A stretch of 64,000 bases of DNA, from contig ADNK01001995.1 of NCBI GenBank assembly GCA_000320545.1, forward strand, positions 1 through 64,000, read 5' to 3'. This DNA comes from Bigelowiella natans CCMP2755. Lineage: Eukaryota > Protista > Cercozoa. The position numbers and the translations under genes were made by a program. The notes under the pieces were generated by a model. The model worked only from the letters and a program-made list of their open reading frames with translations. It was not told the origin of the DNA and did no database searches. Of this stretch, positions 52,999 to 64,000 are shown piece by piece; within the stretch, counting starts at the first letter, position 1, and each line of letters begins with the position of its first letter.

Positions 52999-54707
52999 CT
53001 ATTTAGCTATTTCACAATTTCCAGTATCACAGTATAAATCCGGGGGATTAAGACGCTGTCAAATAAAAATAATTAATACAGTATAACCTCATCATTGAAT
53101 CATGCTACCTCTGGATTCTGATCCGATTTGGAGCCGAAATCCAAGAACTCAATTTGTGAGAGAATCTACCGAGAAATTATGAGGATAAGATATTTTCCTT
53201 AGCTGATCTACAAAAACAGTACGACCTCCTCATATTGCTCTTCTGTTATAGCTTCATATGGCATCTGTGGGTAAGCCCCAGCAGGAAGTTTTGGAAGGAA
53301 TGAAATTCCCTTCAGTTGATACTGAAAATAGTTCAACGCGTTTTTTATTTCTTTGCCTTCTGTTTCGGGGTCGAATGTCACCGTGCAGCTCACCTGAATT
53401 ATTGAAAGTGATTGTGGAATAACGAAGCGATATATATGGCATTTTCGAACCTGATTATCTGCCCAATATTTTTGCAAGAAAGAAGCAAGGGAGAGCTGCT
53501 CCCACATGGACACCTGCTCAACTGTACGGATCCCTTCACCCGCATCGATTGGAATCGACACAACCGCTGTTCCTTCCTGTCCTATTGCCGGCTCGATAGG
53601 ATACCCTGAAAAAAACATGTATATTTTCAAAATAAGCTACTTATACGATTCGCCTCCTACTGGAGGACACCTGCTTTCTTCAACGGTTCCAACAAGTCGG
53701 AGGAGTTCGGTATTCGGACTCTGCGAAGGTAGTGCCGTGATTCGGGATAGTGCATCCCAGGCGTAGCGCCCGCAAGTAGGGACACAGTTCCTGAAGGCTT
53801 GATGGACGTTGTCTTTATCGACCTGGTATCAAAATATGTTTTTTTGATGGCTGTCACCAGAGATCTCAACGATTTCATGCAGACCTTGGGACCCCGAACA
53901 TCTCCGAATACTTCTTGTCGCAGTCTTGGATATGATCGTATCCACCCTAGCGGTAATCGAGAAACGTATCAGTGCCATTTCACTACCAAGTTAAACGGAG
54001 AATTATGTGCTTAACGTCTAGATACCTCACACCACTCCTTAAGCTGGTGCAAGCCTTTGCTGTTGATGAATTGCGCAATTCCTGTAAAATGACACATGTG
54101 AGCTTATCTCTCCTCCATGACTTCTCGCTGGGCAACAAACGCAAGATACCTGTCATGCTACAGCCAATCCGTCGATTTCGGGTCATCACCTGAACACAGG
54201 ACAACGTTTTGAATTTAGATCGAATTGGGGGTGGAGGTCAAGGCCAAGACCAAGGTGGAGGGGGGGGGGGAGGGTAAGCGACCGTGTTGGTTTCGGGCCA
54301 GTGTGTATGTCCTAGAGTAACTGTCTTAGCGTAGAGGAAAGCCTAGGAAATTATCCGAAAGTAAGATTTAATACTGAGTGACACCAGGGGCAAGATAACA
54401 AATCCGGTACATGAATGCACTGTGTGTGTGGCTACTAAGATTAGATGCTATGCTAGATTGAACTAGGTCGCTCTTCGATTTACAGGTTTTACAGGGAAGT
54501 TACAATTTGCCACGTACCGAGTTCAGAGTTCGTTTAAAGTCTTCAACAGAATCATGGTTGTTAGGGAATGTCTCCACGAGACAACAGAGCTCGTATGATT
54601 CTAATGTCTGCTCTAAACACGGGTTGCCTCCCAAAGCCCGCTTATCCTTTCTGTCGGGCTCGTCTCTGACAAGGTTGGGCACGGATACAGTATGGAAATT
54701 GCATAAA

Positions 54708-54771
<64 letters not shown>

Positions 54772-56905
54772 ATTGTTGATAATGAGTGAGTTGGAACCCC
54801 ATTCGCGAGAAGTCTTTCATATTGTCTAGCCATGCCAGACCAGGCTCCCCATTGTCCTGAATACGCTCGCAGATGTCGGTGTAATCCATTCCAAGTTCGG
54901 CGAAGACTGAATTATTGGATGCCCAACCATAATCCATACGCTGGTGCATGCACAGAAAGTCAACTTAATCAACCTTCACAAACTTTAAAACAATTCATTT
55001 CTGAACGCTTCGAGAGAATGAAACGTTTAATTAAAACACATTACCTGCGGATTTTCCTTGTAATTTTTCAAGTTCAAATAGTCGGAGCTCGTTGGCGGGC
55101 CGAATGCAATCTCCGCCTGTAGAATTTCATGATAGATTATTCGTATAGCATAAGATGCGGTATTTAGCTTCATATTTTAAAAAATCAATTCTACCGTTCG
55201 GCGGACGTTTCCGGCAACCACACAACGTCCAATGAGATTCATGATATCTGTTGAAAACTAGCTCAAGGAGGGTCTGTGAATAGTCTCTGTTTTCGGTGTA
55301 CTCACCAACTATCGTTGAAATCGAGAGAATTTCATTCTTCTCTGCCAAAGGATGCAAAGTTTTTTGAATGTCTTCCATAAGTGCCTCCAGTACATCTGTT
55401 TGTGCAAGTTCTGTTACCAACCATTTGATTGAATTCAACTAGGAGTGCATCACACCGCTTCCGGACGCAACGCCGCCAAATCCTTTTATCGGAGTTCCTT
55501 TCGGTCGTATTCTCGAGAAGTCGAATTTGACTGCCGCAGCACCGGGAGTGAAATAAGAATCTATCAGCAACCCTACGGCCTCGACCCATCTGACAGATGT
55601 ATAAATTAGGCCTCCAAATGTGGTGTTAGATAATAGGCGTTGTACCCTTCCCTAGAATCAGGGACTATGAAAGTTCGTGTTTCATTCTCTGAAGGTTTTG
55701 TCAGTCGAATGTTCTGCTGTGCTGCTTGCGTATCGAACCCAACTCCAACCCCCAACATGGAAGCATCCATTAGAAAGCAAAAGGGTTTTGAGATTTTCAT
55801 GCCCTCCTTGATGTGTGTTGAAACGAACGCGCAATTGTTCAGGGCAGCGTAGATACCTGTTGTACCTTCATGGTGAATTATTGATCTGGGTTGGTTCTTA
55901 CATGACCATACCTCTCTCCTCTGTTAATGAGGACCCCATCGCCCAAAGACCTCTTCCTGGAGGAAGAAACTTGAAGTTGAATATCCTATCGAACCTGATT
56001 AATGTATTTGTGAGCAAGAGATATGCTACTGTTCATCTTATTGTACATCTCCTGAGCTTGATCCTGCTTTTCCCTTTCATCCCATTGGAGACCTCTACTC
56101 TGAATCCAGCCCTAGTAATACAAATAATTTGAATTTTACTTTCCACAATATCGAATATTCGTTCTTCTTGAAAAACTCCTAATTTAAACATCCAAGAAGA
56201 AACACATACCTTTTGCATACTAAATGTGCCTTCGACAACTCGCTGAACGGTGTTATGCCAGTGTTCGTTTTTACCATTCTGCATGACCCTTGAGTAAGTC
56301 CTATGGTATACCTTTTAAGATACATGGGGAATACGGTTGGTTTAACATAAAATCTTCAATTTTAATTTTGACATGGGTCAATTTTTACGACCAGTTCGCC
56401 TAGGCCATTGAATCCAAAAGGTGCTTTCTTTTTCTCGTATTTAGATACGAATGACTCGGGCAGTTCAAAGGGGGAACTTGCAAGTTGTGACAAAGCTTTG
56501 GGTCTTGAATTCGCGGGAGATTCTGCCGCCTTCTTGGACGAACCATCGATGGCTTCCGACGACACCGAAAGTGATTTTGAATCCGATTTCGCACCTTCCC
56601 GTCGAATTGTCGTTGTATCATTTTTTACGTTATCGTTTCCCAGCTTCGACCTTTGTGTCATAGTTTGGGTCGAAAAGATCCTTTTCGTAAAAATAGAAAT
56701 TCAGCATTGCCCGTAGACATAGAATTCGGAAAATGAACGAGATTCGATAACACATCGTTCATCGTTTCGTTATTCACTACCTCGTGCATTGTTGAAGATA
56801 TAAAGAGTGTTGGCAGATACTTCCTCGACTGATGATGCGATTAAAAAGTGGGGTTTTAGTCTTTAGACCAACCAGGCGCCGCCCAGCGCCAGAAGCCAGT
56901 TTCAT
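52999..56905 (-). CDS. nrdJ: Adenosylcobalamin-dependent (class II, monomeric RTPR/NrdJm-type) ribonucleoside-triphosphate reductase, ~17 exons, with presequence
   Basis: PFGFNGLGEL|VYHRTYSR, FLPPGRGLWAMG, ALNNCAF, LMDASMLGVGVGFD, VVAGNVRRT|AEI, GGNPCLEQTLESYELCCLVE (thiyl-radical Cys), RNRRIGCSMTGI, TSIKPSGTVSLLAG, YWADNQ|VSCT, YPQMPYE; C-terminal YCDTGNCE. Confidence 0.95.
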
Positions 56906-57432
56906 TCGGTGGAGGGCAGGGGCGCAGCTTGCGGATAAGACTTTCACTGGTCAACACAGAGAGATTAAATTGAATTAAAATGACCTGCGTTTTTGATATT
57001 CTGTGCAAAAAAGAATGATTTTTCCATGCAAAATCACATGGATCAGAAGCCCTTCCTGCTCGCTTGAGAAGGGAAGGTGAGGAGACATACTGGAGAGTCT
57101 CCGGAGGATTAGATAGATGCGATTGCTTTACGACTACGACTTCGGTATGTCGTACCTGTGGAATGACAGCCTTACAGATATTTTCTTTGTTTCTGTGAGA
57201 GTGTCACTGTAAATATCAATACATTTTTGGCAACAAAGAAATGGCGCGCTGGCCTTTGCCTCGTCTCCTTCCCCAATAGACCCAGCTGGAAGCGAACAGC
57301 GAGCTTTTTGTGTCGGAGAAGAATGTCCCTTGAAGGAAAAACTGAGAGGAACTCTGCAAAAGTTTGAGCCATCAAAATTGCGATGTGAGATGTTTTAGTT
57401 CACGAGTTTGTTTTTTCATCTAGGAGCCATTG

Positions 57433-60400
57433 ATGCACAAGCGGAGGTTTTCACTGCTGGATCCAAATACTAGAGAAGAAAACTGTTTCCAGAATAGACG
57501 ATCTAACAGCAAGCGCGAATGGGGAAGGTCCCATCGGGAGGTGCGGGAAGGCTCCGGAGCAAAAAAGGCAATTCCCCGGCCGAAATGCATTCCGAAGTTG
57601 TCACGCAACAGGATGCGCAGAAAAACAATAGATCCTACGAGTTTGCCTCTCGACTCTATCTTACCAGGACACAAGAAACGTCGAGTATCGGATCAAGATA
57701 ATTTTATCTGTCCCTCACTTCTGGATGAGGAAGATTGTCCAGAAAGCACCACCACCTCCAGCCTACGGAGTGATAAACCTGAATTCAATTCTAGAAAACT
57801 GGAGAATAAGCAAGAAGCGCTTTTATCGAGTGTACACACTCAAAATTCTACTTCCATGGTTATAGACCTGGATTGTGATGGTAGAAATGAAACCCATGCC
57901 AGTCATAGTGATTTGAAGGTTACACAGTCTAAGGGAGGTGAAGGAGAAAACCTATTCGAGAAAGGGATAGGAGAGGACTATGTAAAGGGAGATTTTGAAG
58001 CCGAAGTATCAAAACCAATAGTAAATGAAAAGGCTGAAGAAATAAGCAGCAAAACTAATACCATCAATACGAGGGAATCTGTAAGTATGGATGAATTCGC
58101 GACACAATCGCTGAAAGCTGTAAGTTTACCGGAACACCCTGGTTCCAACAAAACTAACCATAAAGGGGGGGAAATGCAAGACGCAATAATCGCAATGGGT
58201 CATCCTTCCGAAATCCCAGAGAGCATGGCAAACATGGCGAATGTCAGCCGAATACCGGAAGTAGCTGGTCGAAATCATGTGTCTCACTCAGGTATAAATC
58301 CAAGTTCTGGGCACACTATCAGATCAGCAGAAAATCTTGAGCAAGCACATTTCCCCCCCGCAGTGCATTCAAATGGAGGGCCATCGTGTCCAAGCCCGAG
58401 AAAATTAGACATTGGTGGCAATGCAAGGGTTTTAGATCAAGAAAGAATATCCACAAGTTATGTTGAGAGCATCCCAGATATGGAAAGTGAGCATTCTTAT
58501 ACAAAGCCGCATTTGTCGGCGGAGGATACGAAATTAGTTGGATTGAATGGAAATGATGCTTGTCATTTCGAAGAATTACAGGTGTTTCCAAATTTTATGT
58601 CTTGATGTCAAGTTGTTCACATTATCTTTTGTGATCGTCAAGGGACCTTGGCGAAGTAAATTAAATGGCGTCAGTACAGACCCTACCGTAGTGCGAAAGT
58701 AAGAAGATTTCTCAACTTTATTGAGCAAAGCAAATTTATCTATATATACCAAAATTACACCTCAGCAAAGTTCTCTGGAGACCTGATGAATGGAAATCCT
58801 CAACTCTATCGAGGGATAGGTTTTTCTAAAAATAAACTAAGATCTTCCGAGTGGGTTTTGATTTTCCCTGTGTCAGCGAGGGCAATATTCGCCTTGATGG
58901 ATGGGTTCTGGACAGGAAACTCTCGAATAATTTGAAAAAGGTTGTTCCTTAGAGGAATTATTGTGCTCACCAACGAACTCGTCAAGACCTTCGAACTGAA
59001 TCCTTTTTACATCTTAGGTGTGGAGGTGGGAAAACCCGAATGAAAACAAAGTTTTGGTTGTTTGGAAACGAATGACCTCTTCCACAACTCTTCGTCGTTC
59101 GAAGAGGGATCGAAGAAAATCATCTTTTACAAAATCGCTTAGTTCGCCGGATAGGCTTCAGGTTATCTATTCAACCTTTGCTAGAATATCTATTAATATC
59201 TCTCCTTTAGATCGGAGATCTCGTTGAGGAAGTGTCAGAGGGCTTGCAAGGAACGGTAACTTATTTTTTTTTAAATCCTGCACTCAATATATCTGGTGTA
59301 TAATTCGGAGCCGTCAGATACTTCACTTTATGTTCCTCGAATAGGTTGTTTGGGTATTCGATTCGGATCCCGAGCCATCATATGTTGTGAAGTGGGAGTC
59401 AAGTGAAAGCGGAAATGAAGATTTGTCACGCCTACATTTAAATCCCCCATTTGAAACGTCCGAATGGTGCAGTCGATCTCAGCTTCGTCGCCTCCCTGCC
59501 AAGATCCACAAAGAGAAACAATCTGATTATAGTGGTTCAAGAATATCTCGTAGCTTGAAAACCGGTTCTGATATGTCGGAATGCGAGCAAAACATCTCAA
59601 CACAGAGAAAGTCGAATTCTGTCTCATTTGAACCTAAGGTAAAGGTTCATTTTTTCAAGCCAAATAGCCCTCCAGCACAGTGGCATGCTGGTAATCTACC
59701 TGTACTTTATCCGAAATTGTTGGTTAATACGGGAGTCGATTCACCAGGGGCGGTGGACCCCCTCAAGTATCTCCCCTTGCAGCATGTTCTTCGTCAGCTT
59801 CGATCGAGAGGTATACACGTTGTCAATCGACGATGCGCTAGAAGCTTGCACAATCTCCCAGATTCTCCCGATTTTGGCATTGAATGGAGACGTGCCCTTG
59901 CTCGTGTTCTAGCCAACGAGGCCAATGAAATAGTCGAAGATATTTTTCCGGGTCTCAGGCGACCGCGTCAAAATTATCGGTCGTGCCAAGAAGGAGAGGA
60001 TCTTCGTCGGTCTTTATGTCGAATGTACTTCGCTATTGCAGTGAACAACAACTCATGCAGCCGAATAGAATCCTCTTTGAGTTCGAAGAAGCGTGAGGGC
60101 GGTCGAGTGCGACAAATTGTAGATTTGATAAAAGCGAATTTAGAGACTGGATTAATACAGTGGCATTTAAGGGAGGCTCAGAGCGACACAGAGGCAAGCC
60201 ATTCTCAGCAAGATGGTATGGCAGAGAACCACACCTACTTTGACGAGTACTTTGTACACGGCAAAACTCTCATCAGTGAAGATGACATCAGGGGCATGAG
60301 TGTGCGCCAGATGCAAGCTGCCCGGAATTACCTCGGTCTCCACCCATACTTATCACTTGAGGTAAACACATATTTGGACAGCACATCTTCCGCAATCAAA

Positions 60401-60808
60401 CTCGTGCAAAGTGAGAATAGCGAATTCTTGGGCAAGGCCGAAGCCCGAATTAAGCAGATGAATATCCCAGAAATGAAGTCCTGGCTTACTGAAAGAGGAC
60501 TTGAGACTTCGGGGGCAAAGAGTAGGCGAGCATCTTATTCGGAATTGATTGTTGGTTTTATGGCGACCGAAATTGAGGAAGAGGAGAAATCTGAGGAAAA
60601 GCTTTTTGATGTAATGGTTGATTTCATCAAAGCAGCGAACACAAAAAGGGAGGATGATCTACGAAAATTATTAGAAGATTTGTACAAAGACTTAAATGAG
60701 GAATATGGCACCGTAGAACCATACCGAAAAGAGGACGACATCGAGCTTGGAAAATTATTTGAGATGTGCTTCAACAGTATATATACCATTGCGATGCGGA
60801 GAGCATAA
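57433..60808 (+). CDS. Hypothetical protein: long disordered N-terminus and C-terminal region with SAP/HeH-like motifs; exon joining uncertain
   Basis: 391-aa and 473-aa open exons linked by short GT-AG-bounded exons; IKQMNIPEMKSWLTERGLETSG resembles a SAP motif. Confidence 0.55.
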
Positions 60809-61561
60809 TAATTTAATGCGTTGTACGTAACTTTTAACACACGTATTCCCTCTCATTCATAAAAATCTCGTTCGATTCGTTGAACGTGTCAGACTGTATG
60901 TTTACTGTGTCAAATGTTGTATGCAAAGCTTGTGAACTCGTACTTGAAGGCGCGATTGTGTATGTGTACGTGTGTGCGCGCATGCGCGTACGTGAGCTGT
61001 GCTAATAAATTCTTGCAGTACATATAGGATGATCTATTATTAGGTATCTCTGATATACACATCTGCTATCTAGCTGTGCGCGATGCATCTGCTACGTGCA
61101 CATACACACGCACATACATAATCTTGTCGTGCAGTTTGTTACACCATGCATGGATAGCTACTTACCCACACGGCTCGTACCGTGCTGCTAGCAGTGTGAC
61201 ATACATATGTGTACGCACAGCCATGTCTAGATGTACACGTGTGATATGAGAGTGATTGTGGTATGTGTCTGTGTATTATATGGACATTTATGACATTTAT
61301 GTCCCTATAGTATGTGTGGCTATCTATGGTCATAGCACATCTTGGCCGTGCTATATTGCGCACGTGCGCCAGCATGCTATACTAGTGTACATACAGTATA
61401 CGCATATGATATGTTATGGAACTTGTATCAGATGCATGACGCGCATAGTGTTTACAATCACTCGATAGAAAGTTGAACTCCACTACTGCTATCACCTGTT
61501 GATCACTGGCGCGCGAGCAATAGAATGATTCATCCCTACATACACTATTCTCTTGAGGTTG

Positions 61562-62929
61562 CTATCGCTTGAAGGGCATTCTAAACGTCCGATAAATTCT
61601 CTTGATCTATAAATACACAAATATTTTATCCACGGATACAATCGTCGCTCTCTCTTCTACCTTTTTCGGCCCCAGTCCAGGGCAAATTGCGAGTTTGTCC
61701 ATACTAGCCTAAAAGGCAGAAACTTCCTTCAAACAACATCTCCCATTTACGTTCCTACAATCTCATACCTCAGCGATGTTTTTGAACGAGCCAAAATTCA
61801 CTGCGAGGGTCTTCACATCCTTCGAGTTTACAGAACGTATAGTAGTTATTGCGGACTCCAATGTCTGATCGGTGTACATCAATTCCACATGCGCAAAAAC
61901 ACAGCAAAGCGGTATTAGGTATAATCAGTACTTACAATCGTGTGGGTAAACTACTACTTCCTCCCAAGATGGTGATCTATACATTCATCACCTTGGCACT
62001 ATTGTGCTTGTCCACTTTCTTCTTCAGGCTGTCGGCTGATTTGGACTCATAGCTTTTCAAGGTCTCAATGTAACGCGCACATTCCCGAGGGCTCCAAGCA
62101 CAGAGAAGGCTCCATCCATTCACAAAGGCCAGCCTAATTAGAGAGAAGCTTCATCCTGGGCAATTAGCAGGATTCACAGAGCTAAAGGAAATGACCTCGA
62201 TATTTCCTGCAGGGGCTCGTCGTTTTGCTGTCAAGCATTCAATTCACGCATGGCGTTAGTCATCTACTTGCCTTGGATAACGGCCACGTTTTTCGAATCA
62301 CATACCCTGTCCACTTGGCATAGGAGAATCCGAACGGTATACTTGAAGCGAAGCTTTCCCATTCTCGCGAGCAAGTATTTTGGGTGCAGCATGTGGTATT
62401 TCACACTGAGAAACAGAACGCAGGCGGCCCTACACACAGATAGCAAAGTGGTTTGTGACCCTGATAGGCGGAGTGGTAACATTCTACCTCCCCACGACGT
62501 AATCCGCGTCAAGTGGCTTTGTGAATGCCCATGGCATGTTCGTCAGGTGCTGCAGGAGTGGATTCCCACGCTGCAACCGATTAACCTGTCGGAAGAAAGA
62601 ATTTTTTTCTGCGATTCAGCCACGGCATTCGTCAATGAGGAAACACGAATATTGAACCTTGATAGTCACTTCTGAGATACTTGAACTGCTGGCGCTGCCG
62701 TGGTTAGCACTGCCCTGGCCAGCACCGCCCTGCACGTTTTGCTGCACTGGTTTCCTGAGAAGCGAAAAGAGGTCATAGGATGGAAGACGGCGGGAATAAG
62801 GCGCACCTTTTCCCCAGCGTGCTATGACTCATCCTGGAGCCTATGCTGGCCCGCCCGCTACCGAATGGGCCAAAGTGATCAGTTGACCCGCTTTCTGTCG
62901 CGAGATGAGTTGTAGGCCTCAGGCTCCAT
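61562..62929 (-). CDS. ERCC1: DNA excision repair protein ERCC1/Rad10
   Basis: VNRLQRGNPLLQHL...DYVVG, CVLFLSVKYHMLHPKYL...RILLCQVD, CAWSPRECARYIETLKSYE, HhH motifs IRSVNSKDV and CPGLGPKK. Confidence 0.95.
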
Positions 62930-63104
62930 GCGGCCTCCAAATACAAGAAGTGGTAGAAATCCAAAACACATAGAAGTTTGTGGTGTGGCATGACAAGAAT
63001 GGTTCCAGAAAGGATTTCGCCGTGTGCACATGCACGGGTCTAGGATCAATTTTAGACAAAAATCCATCAATTTTACGTCGACATTTGTCAGTTGACAAAT
63101 GATA

Positions 63105-64000
63105 TTTGTGTTCCCTCAAAACCTTTTCTGGTGTTCTGATTGATTGGGGAGGGTGCGGATGAGCATGCAGGGCACGGATGAGCATGCGTGTCCCAGGATC
63201 CTTTCGTTCACGTTCAACTCGTGCCTGGGACCTCACGACTGGGTGAAATCTCAGAACTCAGGCGTGAAAACCAAGTGCGTCCATGCAGCGACTTGAGTGA
63301 CTGCACACGCTAGCACGCCCACGCGAAGTCACGTGTCAATCAGCACATTTTTGTCCATCGCATTGAGGGGAACAATGTGATGAAACATCCGTCTTGGCGC
63401 AATCACTGTTGGAAGGCAGAGCCACCAGCTAGGCAGGCTCGCAACGCTGGAACGCCTGCCAACCTGAAAAAACTCAACTGATGTCAACTCGGTGCTGTGT
63501 GTTGGTGGTTGGAACCAATCGTGCCTTCGAGCAATGAAAGCAAAATTGTGATGAAGATCACACAAAAAACATTCCTAGTTGCTCAAATTGTCTGTTGCGA
63601 GTTTCTTTTTTGGTGTCTAACTTCTGAATCTTGCACTGCTAGACTGCCAGATTGAATCGTCTAGCCCAGCAGCCGCGTGCGGCATCTCATCATTGTTGAT
63701 GCGTGGACTGTTGTGTGGCGTCATGGCTTGCTTTCGCTTTCACAGCTAGACAGCTAGACAGGCCAATTGTGCAATGTTGGCTGTTGCCATCGTCCATCAC
63801 GCACAATGCGAATGTGCACCATTCGCATGGATGGCACAATTGCATGCATGCCATCTCATGGGAACCAGTGGGCTGATTCGTAGGTAGTCGGGACGTGTTG
63901 ACCTCGATCAACATGCAAATCAATGATGCATCATCACATCTGCCACCACGAAATCAACAGGGTTGAAGACGCATGCAGCATGGTTGTGATTGCTATTGGC
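63105..64000. other. TpA-depleted hypermutated tract 5 (runs off the window)
   Basis: 11 TpA in ~900 bp by hand count: 7 CTAG, 4 half-context, none fully exposed. Confidence 0.92.

Noticed and set aside
31501-62929. TDP2, zf-PARP, RNR, SAP-like and ERCC1 genes as a DNA-repair gene cluster
   Set aside because: They are interspersed with unrelated genes over 30 kb; there is no evidence of co-regulation or of a link to the tracts.

Overview
Eukaryotic nuclear DNA: gene-dense and intron-rich, with GT-AG introns full of (CA)n/(GA)n/(TA)n and trinucleotide microsatellites. Several proteins carry signal or bipartite leaders, consistent with a protist bearing a secondary plastid (chlorarachniophyte-like; this is inference). 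Splicing exons by eye gives about 18 genes: an unknown gene, a PRMT-like methyltransferase, a signal-peptide Hsp20 with a perfect heat-shock element upstream, an amidase, a Sec14/CRAL-TRIO protein, a large alpha/beta-hydrolase-like + EF-hand-like protein, PPIL4/CYP59, SPRYD7, TDP2, a secreted bacterial-type carbohydrate-binding-fold protein, a B3GLCT-like glycosyltransferase, an EXPERA/EBP protein, a putatively plastid-targeted repeat + 2Fe-2S protein, a double-PX protein, a linker-histone H15 + PARP zinc-finger protein, a B12-dependent class II ribonucleotide reductase, a SAP-like protein and ERCC1. The most striking signal is non-genic. Five sharply bounded ~1 kb tracts (30.2-31.2, 34.8-36.3, 47.5-48.4, 50.1-51.2 and 63.1-64.0 kb) have lost nearly all TpA dinucleotides, and the survivors sit almost only in CTAG or in CTA/TAG half-contexts, while CpG is plentiful. 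This is the footprint expected from a targeted, context-specific A-to-G (TpA to TpG/CpA) hypermutation process, the reverse of fungal RIP. Gene boundaries and motif counts are manual and approximate.
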